A stretch of DNA of 64,000 nt, from positions 1,587,655-1,651,654 of the forward strand of contig CAWKHK010000006.1 in NCBI GenBank assembly GCA_963849425.1, written 5' to 3'. Position 1 is the stretch's first letter, and every line of letters starts with the position of its first letter. Source of the stretch: an uncultured Solirubrobacteraceae bacterium. Lineage in GTDB: Bacteria > Actinomycetota > Thermoleophilia > Solirubrobacterales > Solirubrobacteraceae. Shown here in pieces: positions 10,503 through 19,693 of the stretch. Under the pieces are notes generated by a model. The model did not search any database. It was given only the letters and a program-made list of their open reading frames with translations, and had not been told where the DNA came from. Position numbers and translations under genes: made by a program.

Positions 10503-10876
10503 TGGTCGCCGGCGCCCGAGGGCAGTCGATCGCTCCCGAGGAGCTGCTCGCCGAGATCGCCCGCTACGCAGCCGACAAGAAGGCCGTCGACCTCGTCGAG
10601 CTCGACCTGCGGGGGGTGCTCGGATACACCGACTACTTCGTCGTCTGCTCGGGCAACACCAGCCGCCAGGCCAAGGCCATCCACGACGGCATCCTCAAGG
10701 GGCTCAAGCGCGAGCACGGCCTGATGCCCCGCCGCGTCGAGGGATCGCCCGACGCCGGCTGGATCCTGATCGACTGCCTGGACGTCGTCGTTCACATCTT
10801 CACGCCCGACACACGCGAGTTCTACCGCCTGGAGCAGCTCTGGGGCGAGGCCCCCGCGCGCGCCGTCGGCACGTGA
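10499..10876 (+). CDS. rsfS: Ribosome silencing factor
   Basis: DKKA, DYFVVCSG, WILID...VVHIF, REFYRLEQLW. Confidence 0.95.
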   Translation: MMVAGARGQSIAPEELLAEIARYAADKKAVDLVELDLRGVLGYTDYFVVCSGNTSRQAKAIHDGILKGLKREHGLMPRRVEGSPDAGWILIDCLDVVVHIFTPDTREFYRLEQLWGEAPARAVGT

Positions 10877-12072
10877 GCACAGGCGCCCAGAATCGCCTCC
10901 CGCGCTTGACCGCCGTGCTTCGCGAGGGCGAGCAGGTCACCTCGCTGGAGCTGTTCTTCGACCTCGTGTTCGTGCTCGCCCTGACGCAGTGCACCGCCCT
11001 GATGGCTCGCACGCCCACCTCCGAGGGCGTGCTCAAGGGGCTGCTCGTGCTCGGTGTCCTGTGGTGGTCGTGGGCCGGCTACGCCTGGCTGACCAGCGTG
11101 GTCGACCCTGAGGAGGGGTCGGTGCGGCTGGTGATGTTCGCCGCCATGGCCGCCCTGCTCGTCGCCGCGCTGTGCGTGCCGCGGACGTTCGGCGCCGATG
11201 CGCTCCTGTTCGCCTGCGCCTATGCGGTCGTGCGCACCGCCCACATCGCCCTGTTCATGCTCGCCAGCCGCGAGGATCCAGCCCTGCGCCGCTCGGTGGT
11301 CGGCCTGGCGGCCAGCACGGCCGTCGGCGTTGGGCTGCTCGTGGCCGCCGCCTTCACCAGCGGCGTCCCCCAGCTCGGCCTGTGGGGGCTCGCCCTGCTG
11401 CTGGACGTGGGCGCACCCCTCATGTTCGGCGCCGACGGCTGGAAGCTCGTCCCGGGCCACTTCGCCGAGCGCCACGGGGCGATCATCATCATCGCGCTGG
11501 GCGAGTCGATCGTCGCGATCGGCGCCGGCACGACCGCCGGGGTGGATGCCGGCGTGGTGATCGCCGCCGTGCTCGGCATCGTCGTCGCCGCCGCCATGTG
11601 GTGGCTGTACTTCGACGTCGTCGCCATCGTCGCCGCACGCCGGCTCGCCAAAGCCAGGGAGGGCCGTGAACGCAACGACGTCGCCCGCGACGCCTACTCC
11701 TACTTGCACTTCCCGATGGTCGCCGGCGTCGCCCTCGTCGCCCTCGGGCTCAAAAAGACGCTCGGCCACATCAGCGCGCCGCTCGGCTTCGTGCCAGCCG
11801 CTGCGATGCTCGGCGGCGGGGCCCTGTACCTGTTGGCCCACGTCGCGTTCAGGTGGCGCAACCTCCACACGCTCAACCGCCAGCGTCTGCTCTGCTCAGG
11901 CGTCCTCGTCGCCCTGCTGCTCGCCGAGGCCGAGTTCAAGCCGCCGTCCCTGGCGACCCTCGGCGCGCTCGCCGCGCTGCTCAGCGCCCTGATCGTCTAC
12001 GAGGCCACGCACTTCGCCGAGCTGCGCGACCGCATCCGCCATCAGCTCGCGCGCGAGAGCGTGCCCAGCTGA
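10873..12072 (+). CDS. Low temperature requirement protein A family membrane protein
   Basis: LELFFDLVFV, HFAERHG.IIIIALGESI, WWLYF, YSYLHFP motifs. Confidence 0.85.
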   Translation: MSTGAQNRLPRLTAVLREGEQVTSLELFFDLVFVLALTQCTALMARTPTSEGVLKGLLVLGVLWWSWAGYAWLTSVVDPEEGSVRLVMFAAMAALLVAALCVPRTFGADALLFACAYAVVRTAHIALFMLASREDPALRRSVVGLAASTAVGVGLLVAAAFTSGVPQLGLWGLALLLDVGAPLMFGADGWKLVPGHFAERHGAIIIIALGESIVAIGAGTTAGVDAGVVIAAVLGIVVAAAMWWLYFDVVAIVAARRLAKAREGRERNDVARDAYSYLHFPMVAGVALVALGLKKTLGHISAPLGFVPAAAMLGGGALYLLAHVAFRWRNLHTLNRQRLLCSGVLVALLLAEAEFKPPSLATLGALAALLSALIVYEATHFAELRDRIRHQLARESVPS

Positions 12073-12824
12073 GTCGCCCTCAGCATCGCCGCTTGCGCGA
12101 GCAGCGACAGACCGCTCGCCAGCGCGAACGCGCTCGCGATGCCCAGCGTGTGCAGCGACACCGCCAGCGTGAAGCAGAACAGCGTGAACGCGCCGAAGCC
12201 GCTGAGCATCCCCCGCAGCAGCCACAGCAGCTCGTCGGTGCCCCGCTGGGCGTGGGTGAACGTGGCGAGCACCGTGGTGATCACCGGGAACGGTGCCAGC
12301 AGCCCGCTGAGCTGTGGACCCAGCCAGCCCGCCACCGCCGTCAACGCCAGCACGAGGGCGAGCGCGCAGGCCGCCCGCAACGGCAGATCCCAGGCGGGCG
12401 CAGGGGCATGGGAGAGCTGATCACCGACCGGCCGCGGCAGCCATGCGAGCGCGATCAGCAGGCCCACGCCCGCCAGCCCCAACGCCACGCCGGCCGGCAC
12501 CGCCAGCACGCTGAACACGACCGTCGCGACCGCGAACGTGAGCCAGCCGGCGAGCATGCTCGCCCCCCAGAACAGGCGGCCGGCCAGGCGGCCGTACACG
12601 ACCACGAACGCCGCCAGCGAGACCACGCCGAGCAGCGTCCCGGCGGCCGCCCCGGCCGCGAACGCCCGTCCGTGGGCCAGCGCATACACCAGCAGGATCG
12701 GGCCGGCCACGATCGGCAGCCCGCCTATCAGCCCGCCCACCCGCGGGCCGTAGCGGCGGGCTGCCAGCGACGCACCGACCACGAACGTGGGGGCGAGCAG
12801 CACCTTGACCGCGAGCTGGACCAT
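12042..12824 (-). CDS. Hypothetical integral membrane protein with two similar halves
   Basis: Hydrophobic 260-aa ORF; GPRVGGLIGGLP and GPQLSGLLAPFP repeats. Confidence 0.7.
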   Translation of the reverse strand: MVQLAVKVLLAPTFVVGASLAARRYGPRVGGLIGGLPIVAGPILLVYALAHGRAFAAGAAAGTLLGVVSLAAFVVVYGRLAGRLFWGASMLAGWLTFAVATVVFSVLAVPAGVALGLAGVGLLIALAWLPRPVGDQLSHAPAPAWDLPLRAACALALVLALTAVAGWLGPQLSGLLAPFPVITTVLATFTHAQRGTDELLWLLRGMLSGFGAFTLFCFTLAVSLHTLGIASAFALASGLSLLAQAAMLRATQLGTLSRAS

Positions 12825-12869
12825 TCATGGATGATGACCGGCGCCGCTGCCTGTACGCTGGCTCGGCAC

Positions 12870-14021
12870 ATGAACGCGCCCGAGCGACTCTCCGATCGCG
12901 CGCTCGGCCGCGCCCTGCTCGCCCGCCAGGGGCTGCTCGAGCGCTTCGATCGGCCCCTGCTCGAAGTGGTCGAGGCGATCGGGGCGATGCAGGGCCAGGC
13001 CTGGGGCGCACTGCCGGTCGGGCTGTGGACGCGGATGTCCTCGTTCGCCCCCGAGGAGCTCTACGCCGCCCTCGCCGCCCGGGAGCTGCTCTGGGGAATC
13101 GGGATCCGTGGCACGTTGCACCTCGTCAGCGCGCGCGATCACCCCGCCTATGCCGTCGTCTCGGAGGATGGAGGGACGGGCAGATGGCACCGCGCGATCG
13201 AGCAGACCACGCCGGAGATGGACCGGCTGCGCGCCGCGCTGCTCGCGTTCGCCGCCCGCGAGTCACGCACAAGCGAGGAGATCCGCGACTTTGCCGAAGC
13301 GTGGGTCACCGGGCACCCCGACGCGATCGACCCGCGCGAGGTCGAGGCCCAGCGCTCGTTGAAGTGGGCTCCGATCTACCGCTGGAGTGCGCTCGCGCGC
13401 GTGCCCCGTCACGGCGCCTGGGCAGCCACGACGCCGGTCGAGCACCTGGCCGCGCCGATCCCGCCGGGCAGCGATCGCGCGCCGGCGATCCACGAGGCGC
13501 TCGCCGCGGTCGCGATCCGCCACCTGCGCGCCTTCGGCCCGGCAGCCGCCGAGGACGTAGCCGGTTGGGCCGGCTGGCGCACGCCGCCCGTGCGTCAGCT
13601 GCTCGAGGGGGATCTCGGCGCCAGTCTCCTGCGCTTCGAGGACGAGCACGGACGCACGCTCTACGACCTTCCCGACGCTCCCAGGCCCGATCCACGCACA
13701 CCCGCCCCGCCGCGCCTGCTCGGCGCCTTCGACAGCACGCTGCTCGCCTACGTAGCCAAGCGCCGCCAGCGGATCCTGCCGCCCGCGCTGCGCGACGTCG
13801 TCTACCAGAAGGCCAACCTCCAGATCCGCCCGACCATCCTGCTCGACGGCCTCGTAGCCGGCACCTGGTCGATCGACGTTCGCCGGCGGCAGGCCACGCT
13901 CACGCTGCGCCCGGCCGGCAAGCTCGCCCGTGCGCATCGCCCCGCCCTGATCGCCGAGGCCTCCGGCCTGCTTCACGCGCTGCACCCGGCCGCCGCCGGG
14001 CATCACGTAGCCGTGGAGTAG
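12870..14021 (+). CDS. HTH_42 winged-helix DNA glycosylase, AlkZ-like
   Basis: RALLARQGLL, MQGQ (Q-x-Q motif), GLWTR, RGTLHLV, LRAFGPA, RLLGAFD, DGLVAGTW. Confidence 0.82.
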   Translation: MNAPERLSDRALGRALLARQGLLERFDRPLLEVVEAIGAMQGQAWGALPVGLWTRMSSFAPEELYAALAARELLWGIGIRGTLHLVSARDHPAYAVVSEDGGTGRWHRAIEQTTPEMDRLRAALLAFAARESRTSEEIRDFAEAWVTGHPDAIDPREVEAQRSLKWAPIYRWSALARVPRHGAWAATTPVEHLAAPIPPGSDRAPAIHEALAAVAIRHLRAFGPAAAEDVAGWAGWRTPPVRQLLEGDLGASLLRFEDEHGRTLYDLPDAPRPDPRTPAPPRLLGAFDSTLLAYVAKRRQRILPPALRDVVYQKANLQIRPTILLDGLVAGTWSIDVRRRQATLTLRPAGKLARAHRPALIAEASGLLHALHPAAAGHHVAVE

Positions 14022-14087
14022 GGCCGGCCTCCGGGGGCCGAGCCGCCTTCTTGGCGGAGCTCGACCCCCTAGGAGACTCGGATCAGG

Positions 14088-15014
14088 CTAGGAGATGCCC
14101 TTCGCGCGCATCGCCGCCTCGACCTCCGATGCGTCCGCTTCCATGCCCCTTTCATTCGGGTGCACGGAGAACGCGTCCGATTCGGGCAGCACCGGTTCGA
14201 CGTAGCGGACGTTCAGGGACTTGCAAGCGTCGTGGCCGATGCTCGGGGTGTAGGTGTCGACGTAGCTCGCGCCGTTGGAGCCGGCCTCGCTGCTGAGCAT
14301 CGAGTTCAGTTCCTTCTCGACCCCGTTCAGATAGGCCACATCACCGCTGGTCAGGGGCACGGTCGGCCAGCAGTTGCCGCTCTGGGGGAGGATGTCCGGG
14401 TAGCCCACCACGAACACCTTGGCCGCGGGCGAGATGACGTGGATCCGATTGACCGCCGCCCCGATTACCGGTCCGTCTTCGGCGATCTCTTCGGCGAGCT
14501 TGTGACCGTAGGTGTCCTTGCACGGCGTCCCGAAGGGGAACACCAGATCCTCGGCACCACACACGATCAGCGTGTTCAGGAACAGGCCTTTGTCGTTGCC
14601 GCCGATTCCCACCGATACGACCTGGGTGGACGAGCTCAGCGTGTCGAACTGCGGCGGCTGGTCGGAATACTGGGCGGTCGTCGTCAGGTTTTCGGTGGTC
14701 GCTCCCGAGCAACTGACGTCGTGCAGCGACAGCGCCAGGGCCGAGGCCGTCAGGTGTGGGTAGTTGCGTGCCGATTGCAAACAATCCAGGGGCGCCCCGG
14801 ACGCAAACGGCAAGATGAACGGCCCGGAGGTGTAGGAGTCGCCCAGCGACACATACGATGGCGCGGCGCCGGCCAGTGACGGCGTACCCGCCAGCGCCGT
14901 GATCGCGGCGAGCAGCGCGGCGATGCACAGCACCGGGCGAATCCTGTGAGGCACGAACGGCCAACTCTTCAGACGCGCGGTCATCCGCGCGGGCGACAGC
15001 GAACGATCAGACAT
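14088..15014 (-). CDS. Secreted SGNH/GDSL lipase-esterase
   Basis: Signal peptide; YVSLGDSY, CSGA, IGGND, GHDAC, HPN; RBS GAAAGGGA. Confidence 0.87.
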   Translation of the reverse strand: MSDRSLSPARMTARLKSWPFVPHRIRPVLCIAALLAAITALAGTPSLAGAAPSYVSLGDSYTSGPFILPFASGAPLDCLQSARNYPHLTASALALSLHDVSCSGATTENLTTTAQYSDQPPQFDTLSSSTQVVSVGIGGNDKGLFLNTLIVCGAEDLVFPFGTPCKDTYGHKLAEEIAEDGPVIGAAVNRIHVISPAAKVFVVGYPDILPQSGNCWPTVPLTSGDVAYLNGVEKELNSMLSSEAGSNGASYVDTYTPSIGHDACKSLNVRYVEPVLPESDAFSVHPNERGMEADASEVEAAMRAKGIS

Positions 15015-15218
15015 GGAACATCCCTTTCTCATCGACGTGTATCTCCGCGTTCGACTGAGATCCATTCCGGATTAGGCCTGAGATCCGTTCGTCAAACCCG
15101 AAGGTGTCGAACGTAACGAAACGCGACGATCAATGGAACCGTTGTTTCCAGGCTTCACCTGGGAGAGCTCCCGCCGCACGTGGCGGTGTTGTAATCAGCC
15201 ACAGGCCGCACCGGGGTC

Positions 15219-15872
15219 TCAGCCATCCGGTGTCTCCTCCACACGACGGCCGTCCAGCCCGAGCACGCCTGCAACGGCGCGTGCGGCCAGCAGCTTGTCG
15301 TGCGGGGCCTGCCCGGCGAGTCCGATGACCGTGCCCTCCAAGGCGCCCATGAAGGCGAGCGCGACGGCTGTGGCCGGCGGGCCGGCTGGGATGCTTCCCA
15401 GTCCGCGCCCCGCGCCGATGAGGCGGGTGCAGCGCTCGAGCAGGCTCTCGGAGATCCGCTCGATCTCGCGTCCCACCGGGTGGTCCTGACCGCTGAACTC
15501 AATCCTCAGTGCCATCACGACGCGGGCGATGTCACGCCGGCAGAAGACGGCGTGACCGCGCGCCAGCGCCAACAGCTCGGCGACCGGGTCGGTCTGCTGG
15601 GCGGCCACCTCGCCCACCTCGCGCGTCCAGTTCTCGTGGACCCACTCGATCACCGCCAGCGCCAGATCCTCCTTGTTCTTGAACTGGTGATACAGGGCGC
15701 CGCGCGTATAGCCGGCCTCACGCGCCACCTCCTCAAGCACGAGGTTGCCATAGCCGTAGCGCGACAGCCCCCTCGCGGCCGACTCGAGCAATGCGCTGCG
15801 CGAGCGGGCGCTTCGCTCGGCCTGGGTTGAACGCCCGTGCGCTGGCGGCGCCGGCGTCATCGCAGATGACAT
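15219..15872 (-). CDS. TetR/AcrR family transcriptional regulator
   Basis: EEVAREAGYTRGALYHQFKNKEDL HTH; palindrome ACATGCATGT at 15877-15886. Confidence 0.9.
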   Translation of the reverse strand: MSSAMTPAPPAHGRSTQAERSARSRSALLESAARGLSRYGYGNLVLEEVAREAGYTRGALYHQFKNKEDLALAVIEWVHENWTREVGEVAAQQTDPVAELLALARGHAVFCRRDIARVVMALRIEFSGQDHPVGREIERISESLLERCTRLIGAGRGLGSIPAGPPATAVALAFMGALEGTVIGLAGQAPHDKLLAARAVAGVLGLDGRRVEETPDG

Positions 15873-15930
15873 GAGTACATGCATGTTGCAACCAGCGGTC
15901 GTTCAATACGAAGCCGGATTCAGAGTGCTT

Positions 15931-16782
15931 TCATGCAGCTGCCACGCGCGCGCCGGAATGCTCGGCGAGAAAGGCGTCGATCGCGGCGGCGACCTCACCG
16001 GGGCGCTCAAGTATCACGAGGTGCCCGGCGTCCGGAATGACCACTTCGCGGTCGGGTTCAAGCGCGGCGCAGAGCTTGGCGCCGTCGCTGGCCTTCAGAA
16101 CCTTGTTGTCCTTGCCCCAGATGACGCACACCGACACGCCCTCGGGCTTTCGTTCCAGCCCGGCGAAGCTCTCAGCGTTCTCGGCCAGGCTGAGTAGCAC
16201 CCGCATCTGATCGGGGTCACGGTTGGCGTCGCGCAGGTGGTCCAGCAGCTCGGGCGAGACGCGGTCGGGCTGGGTGAGCAGCATCCTTCGCGCGCTTGCC
16301 GCCGCGATCGGCCGCGGCGTCGGGATCCGCGCGCTCAGTGCCGCGAGCGCGTCCGCCGCGCGGCGGCTGCGGCGTGAGATCCACAGCAACGGGCGCAGGG
16401 CGCCGCCCGCGGCCGTCCGGTCGGTGAGGACGTTGACCGCCACGACGGCCTGCACCCGCTCGGGGTGCTGCGCCGCATAGCGCAGCACCGTCGCCGCGCC
16501 CATGCAGTTCCCAACGAGAGTTACCTTGCCCAGGTCGAGCTCGTCCAGCAGCGCTCCGAGCATCTCGACGTAGAGGTCGAGCGAGTAGTCGATCTTCGGA
16601 TGCCCAGAGCGGCCGAACCCAAGCATGTCCGGCGCGATCACGTCGTAGTCGGGGGCATAACGCTCGATCAGCGGCTCCCATGTTCGATGCGAGGTGCCGC
16701 CGTTGTGAAGGAAGACCATCGGCACGCCGGTGCCTTCGCGCCGGTAGAAGACCTCGTGGCCGCGGAACGTGAAGGTGCTCAT
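15931..16782 (-). CDS. Alpha/beta fold hydrolase with GNCMG nucleophile elbow
   Basis: VFLHNGG, APDMLGFGRS, GNCMG, IWGKDN, AGH. Confidence 0.88.
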   Translation of the reverse strand: MSTFTFRGHEVFYRREGTGVPMVFLHNGGTSHRTWEPLIERYAPDYDVIAPDMLGFGRSGHPKIDYSLDLYVEMLGALLDELDLGKVTLVGNCMGAATVLRYAAQHPERVQAVVAVNVLTDRTAAGGALRPLLWISRRSRRAADALAALSARIPTPRPIAAASARRMLLTQPDRVSPELLDHLRDANRDPDQMRVLLSLAENAESFAGLERKPEGVSVCVIWGKDNKVLKASDGAKLCAALEPDREVVIPDAGHLVILERPGEVAAAIDAFLAEHSGARVAAA

Positions 16783-16930
16783 CCGCTCAGTTCTCGCGTC
16801 TTCGAAGAAACACCGTTGCGGCGAGAGGCATCTGCACCAGCCTACCTTCACGACAAGCCAGGTGCTGAGACCGCTGCGAACGCGATCCCTGGGGGAGCTG
16901 CGATCTCCACCGTAAACCTGGTAAGGAGAC

Positions 16931-16959
16931 TTGACGCCGGCACGTATTGTACGTATACT
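16931..16959 (+). promoter_or_regulatory. Primary-sigma promoter of the Phd/RelE operon with overlapping palindromic operator
   Basis: TTGACG-17 nt-TATACT; ACGTA-TTG-TACGT palindrome at 16942-16954. Confidence 0.75.
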
Positions 16960-16994
16960 TGTCGGACATTTCCTGGGAAGGCCGAGGGCAGCCG

Positions 16995-17270
16995 ATGAGC
17001 ACCATCAGCATCCGTGATCTACAGCGCAACACAAGTGGCGTCGTCGCTGACGTAGCCGATTCCAAGCACACCGCCCTCGTCACTCGACACGGCAAGCCTA
17101 TCGCTGCGCTGGTGCCTATCGACGCGCAGGATCTTGAGGACTACCTGCTCTCGAAGGTCCCGAGCTTCGCCGAGGACATGGCAGCCGCCGATCAGGCTCA
17201 TGCACATGGTGAAGCGCGCTCCGCTGCTGATGTGTTCGCGGAGCTTGATGGGCAAGACGCTGAGCAATAG
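16995..17270 (+). CDS. Phd/YefM family antitoxin
   Basis: MSTISIRDLQRNTSGVV...LVTRHGKPIAALVPI. Confidence 0.9.
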   Translation: MSTISIRDLQRNTSGVVADVADSKHTALVTRHGKPIAALVPIDAQDLEDYLLSKVPSFAEDMAAADQAHAHGEARSAADVFAELDGQDAEQ

Positions 17271-17298
17271 CGCCCACGCACAGGAAGCCGGGTCGTAG

Positions 17299-17586
17299 AT
17301 GACCGGCACTCCGAGCAAGATTAAGCTCGCTCCCAGCGCGATCCGCGACCTGAAGGGCTTGGACCGACAGGCCCGCAAGCGGGTGCAGACGGCATTCCAG
17401 GCGCTGGAGACCGATGCCGCGAACCTTGACGTCAAGCCGGTGGCAGGACGCGCTCCTTGGCGTCGCCTGCGCGTCGGTGAGCACCGCGTGCTCTACCGCG
17501 AGCTCGCCGACGAGCCCGACGCGCGTTACCTGGTAGCGCGAGTCATCGACCGTCGTGACCTGCACCGCGCCATCGACGAGCTCTGA
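17299..17586 (+). CDS. RelE/ParE family toxin
   Basis: APSAIRDLKGLD...WRRLRVGEHRVLY...IDRRD; follows antitoxin. Confidence 0.87.
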   Translation: MTGTPSKIKLAPSAIRDLKGLDRQARKRVQTAFQALETDAANLDVKPVAGRAPWRRLRVGEHRVLYRELADEPDARYLVARVIDRRDLHRAIDEL

Positions 17587-17614
17587 GACCACACCAACAG
17601 CGTCGGCACGCCTA

Positions 17615-17701
17615 GTTTGTTTGCCGACAAGAAAAATGGGCGAAACTTGGCTGTGCGCAAACCATGCGCTGATGGCGGCGCCGGCGGTCGGGGTCGGCTG
17701 A
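17615..17701. repeat. att-like repeat copy 1: 23+GG+23 imperfect palindrome (17615-17662) plus conserved tail
   Basis: Left arm + GG is 23/25 identical to 20116-20140; 17623-17701 is ~80% identical (63/79 by hand) to 18650-18727. Confidence 0.75.
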
Positions 17702-17720
17702 TGTCGCCTCGGCTGGCGCG

Positions 17721-17936
17721 TCAGGCGGCTTGGCTGGCTGTGCCAGGCGCGACGGAGGCTGCCTGTGCCTCTTGCTTCATCTCGATCGCGCGGCGGGCGC
17801 CCTGGGAGAGCAGCATCGCGCTTTCGGCGACTTCGCGGTTGACCTCTGGTGTGGCCTCCACGAGACGTCCGTTGCGGACGGTATGCGGTCGATCGAGCTT
17901 GGGGAAGCTGCCGCCCATGCACTCAGCGTAGCTCAT
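17721..17936 (-). CDS. Small 71-aa protein translationally coupled to Fic gene (possible antitoxin)
   Basis: ATGA overlap with the Fic stop codon; no recognisable family. Confidence 0.5.
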   Translation of the reverse strand: MSYAECMGGSFPKLDRPHTVRNGRLVEATPEVNREVAESAMLLSQGARRAIEMKQEAQAASVAPGTASQAA

Positions 17937-18592
17937 GCCTGGGACTCTATCGAGCGCTGGATGAGAGCAGCCAGCAGCTGCGCGAAGGGCTCGATGCTCC
18001 CATTCTTGGATTCCAGAGCGGGAACGAGCGCATCGTCGTGAGCGATCGTGTCCGCATCGTCCTCGAACTCGACGTTGGGCAGACCGAATGACCAAAGCGC
18101 TGCGGAGAGCGCGACGAAGCTCACGCGATGGTTGCCGTCCGCGAACGGATGCACTCGCAAGATGCCCGCATAGAGGGCAGCCACAGCCCACGTGCGGTCG
18201 AGAACACCCGTCGTATCCGGGTCGCCGAGCGCGTCTGTGTATCGGTTGAACGACGAGCAGACTGTCTGGAGTTCACGACGGATCGCCTCGGGTGCTGCGC
18301 CCTCCAGTTGTCGCATCCCGCCATTTGGGATCATCACGCCGAAGAAGGCTCGGTCGCGGCGGAAGCGTCCACCGTCATGCGGAAAGTGGTGGGCGAAGAT
18401 CGCTCCGTGCCACCAGCGGACGCGCTCCGGGTTCATCTGCAGAGGGACGCGCCAGAATGCTCGCTGCGCGTCGCCCAGGACGCGGCTCAGTTCATCTCCG
18501 AGAGCGTGCCAGGTCTGCTCGGGCGAGTGGCCGCCAGCCTGATAAAAGCGCGACTCCTCGCGGTCGCGGTAGCGGGGTCCAGGAGCATCCAT
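17933..18592 (-). CDS. Fic/Doc family protein
   Basis: HPFADGNHR motif; upstream GGRFR. Confidence 0.88.
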   Translation of the reverse strand: MDAPGPRYRDREESRFYQAGGHSPEQTWHALGDELSRVLGDAQRAFWRVPLQMNPERVRWWHGAIFAHHFPHDGGRFRRDRAFFGVMIPNGGMRQLEGAAPEAIRRELQTVCSSFNRYTDALGDPDTTGVLDRTWAVAALYAGILRVHPFADGNHRVSFVALSAALWSFGLPNVEFEDDADTIAHDDALVPALESKNGSIEPFAQLLAALIQRSIESQA

Positions 18593-18642
18593 GCCGCGAG
18601 GATGCCAACAGGTTCGGACCCCTGGCGAGTTTGCAACTAGCA

Positions 18643-18727
18643 GGTTCGCGCCGCCAAGAAAGTGGGCGAAGCTTGGCTGTGCACAAACCCTGTGCTGATC
18701 GCGGGTCCGGTCGCACGGGTCGCCTGA
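18643..18727. repeat. att-like repeat copy 2 (right arm intact, left arm degenerate)
   Basis: CAAGAAAGT-GG-GCGAAGCTTGGCTGTGCACAAACC, homologous to copy 1. Confidence 0.7.
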
Positions 18728-18751
18728 CATTCATCGCGGAGGGATACGTAA

Positions 18752-18791
18752 CCGTACGATTACGCACGTTTTCGTACGGACTTGCTAAGAT
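18752..18791 (+). promoter_or_regulatory. Operator inverted repeat and extended -10 for the antitoxin-PIN operon (likely leaderless)
   Basis: CCGTACGA-N12-TCGTACGG; TGcTAAGAT 6 nt before ATG 18798. Confidence 0.6.
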
Positions 18792-18797
18792 ATGGTC

Positions 18798-19082
18798 ATG
18801 ACAACAGTCAAGGCAGACGAAGTACGAATCCCTCGCCGAGCCCGCGAGGCGGTGGCGCACCATGAGGAGGTGGTTGTCCTCAACCGGGAGCGCCCAGCGT
18901 TTGTGATCGTCCATCCAGACGATCACCGGCGTGCTGTGTCGGTACGCCAGGGGCGACGTTTGGGAGACGCGCTTGCTCTGCTCGCGAATGCTGCGGCCCC
19001 CGACCCAGCGTTCGCTGCGGACATGGAACTAGTGCTCGATTCGGTAGGCGCAGCGCCATCCGATCCATGGGCACGGTCCTAG
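18798..19082 (+). CDS. Antitoxin, Phd-like N-terminus
   Basis: EEVVVLNRERPAFVIV; PDPAFAADME; overlaps the PIN toxin gene. Confidence 0.72.
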   Translation: MTTVKADEVRIPRRAREAVAHHEEVVVLNRERPAFVIVHPDDHRRAVSVRQGRRLGDALALLANAAAPDPAFAADMELVLDSVGAAPSDPWARS

Positions 19083-19507
19083 ACACTACGGTATTCGTCG
19101 AGTTCGAGCGGGCCACGCGTACGTTGGCTGCCGAGCGTGCGATGCAGACTGTCGGTGAGCGCCTGGAGGATCGCCTTGGCGCGGATGACCAGGTCGCGAT
19201 AGCAGCGATCACGGCGTCGGAGCTGCTGCACGGAGTTCACAGAGCTACGGAGGAGCATCGTGCCCGACGTGAGGCGTTCGTCGAGGCGGTATTGAACGCA
19301 TTCCCCGTGATCTCCTTTGACCTGCTTGTCGCACGGGTCCACGCGGGGCTCTGGGCGGGCCTCGCCTCATCTGGCGCCGATGTCGGAGCGCACGACCGCA
19401 TCGTTGCCGCCACCGCGATGTCGGCAGGTTGGCGGGTCGGCACTGCCAACATGCGCCACTTTGGCCGTATCCCAGGCCTCGATGCCACGCTGATAACGCT
19501 CACCTGA
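19067..19507 (+). CDS. PIN-domain (VapC) toxin
   Basis: VLDTTVFV, ITASELLHG, GAHDRIVAATA, TANMRHFGRIPGL. Confidence 0.92.
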   Translation: MGTVLDTTVFVEFERATRTLAAERAMQTVGERLEDRLGADDQVAIAAITASELLHGVHRATEEHRARREAFVEAVLNAFPVISFDLLVARVHAGLWAGLASSGADVGAHDRIVAATAMSAGWRVGTANMRHFGRIPGLDATLITLT

Positions 19508-19541
19508 TCGCACAGCCCGCAGCGAAGGTGTCGGGCACCGT

Positions 19542-19688
19542 CATGCGATCGAGGATCAGGACCTGCGCTCGATTGAGGATGAGCTGTTCCCGATGGCTGA
19601 GCTGCCCGATGATTGGCAGGTTGGGGATGACGGAAAACCAGCGCCCAACTGGGTTGCCGCGTTGCATCGGTCGCGTAGCGGCCACTGA
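19542..19688 (+). pseudogene. 5'-truncated putative antitoxin fragment
   Basis: Open frame HAIEDQDLRSIEDELFPMAELPDDWQVGDDGKPAPNWVAALHRSRSGH* ends 5 nt before the second PIN gene; no start codon upstream of the fragment. Confidence 0.5.
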
Positions 19689-19693
19689 CGGCA

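Noticed and set aside
16783-16930. Left terminal att site of the TA array
   Set aside because: Only loose matches (GACAAG, TAAACC); no convincing arm, so the left boundary is undefined.
17676-17708. Degenerate tRNA T-arm copy in the repeat tail (GTCGGGGTCG vs GTCGGGCTCG)
   Set aside because: Short GC-rich match that is not kept in repeat copy 2; likely chance.
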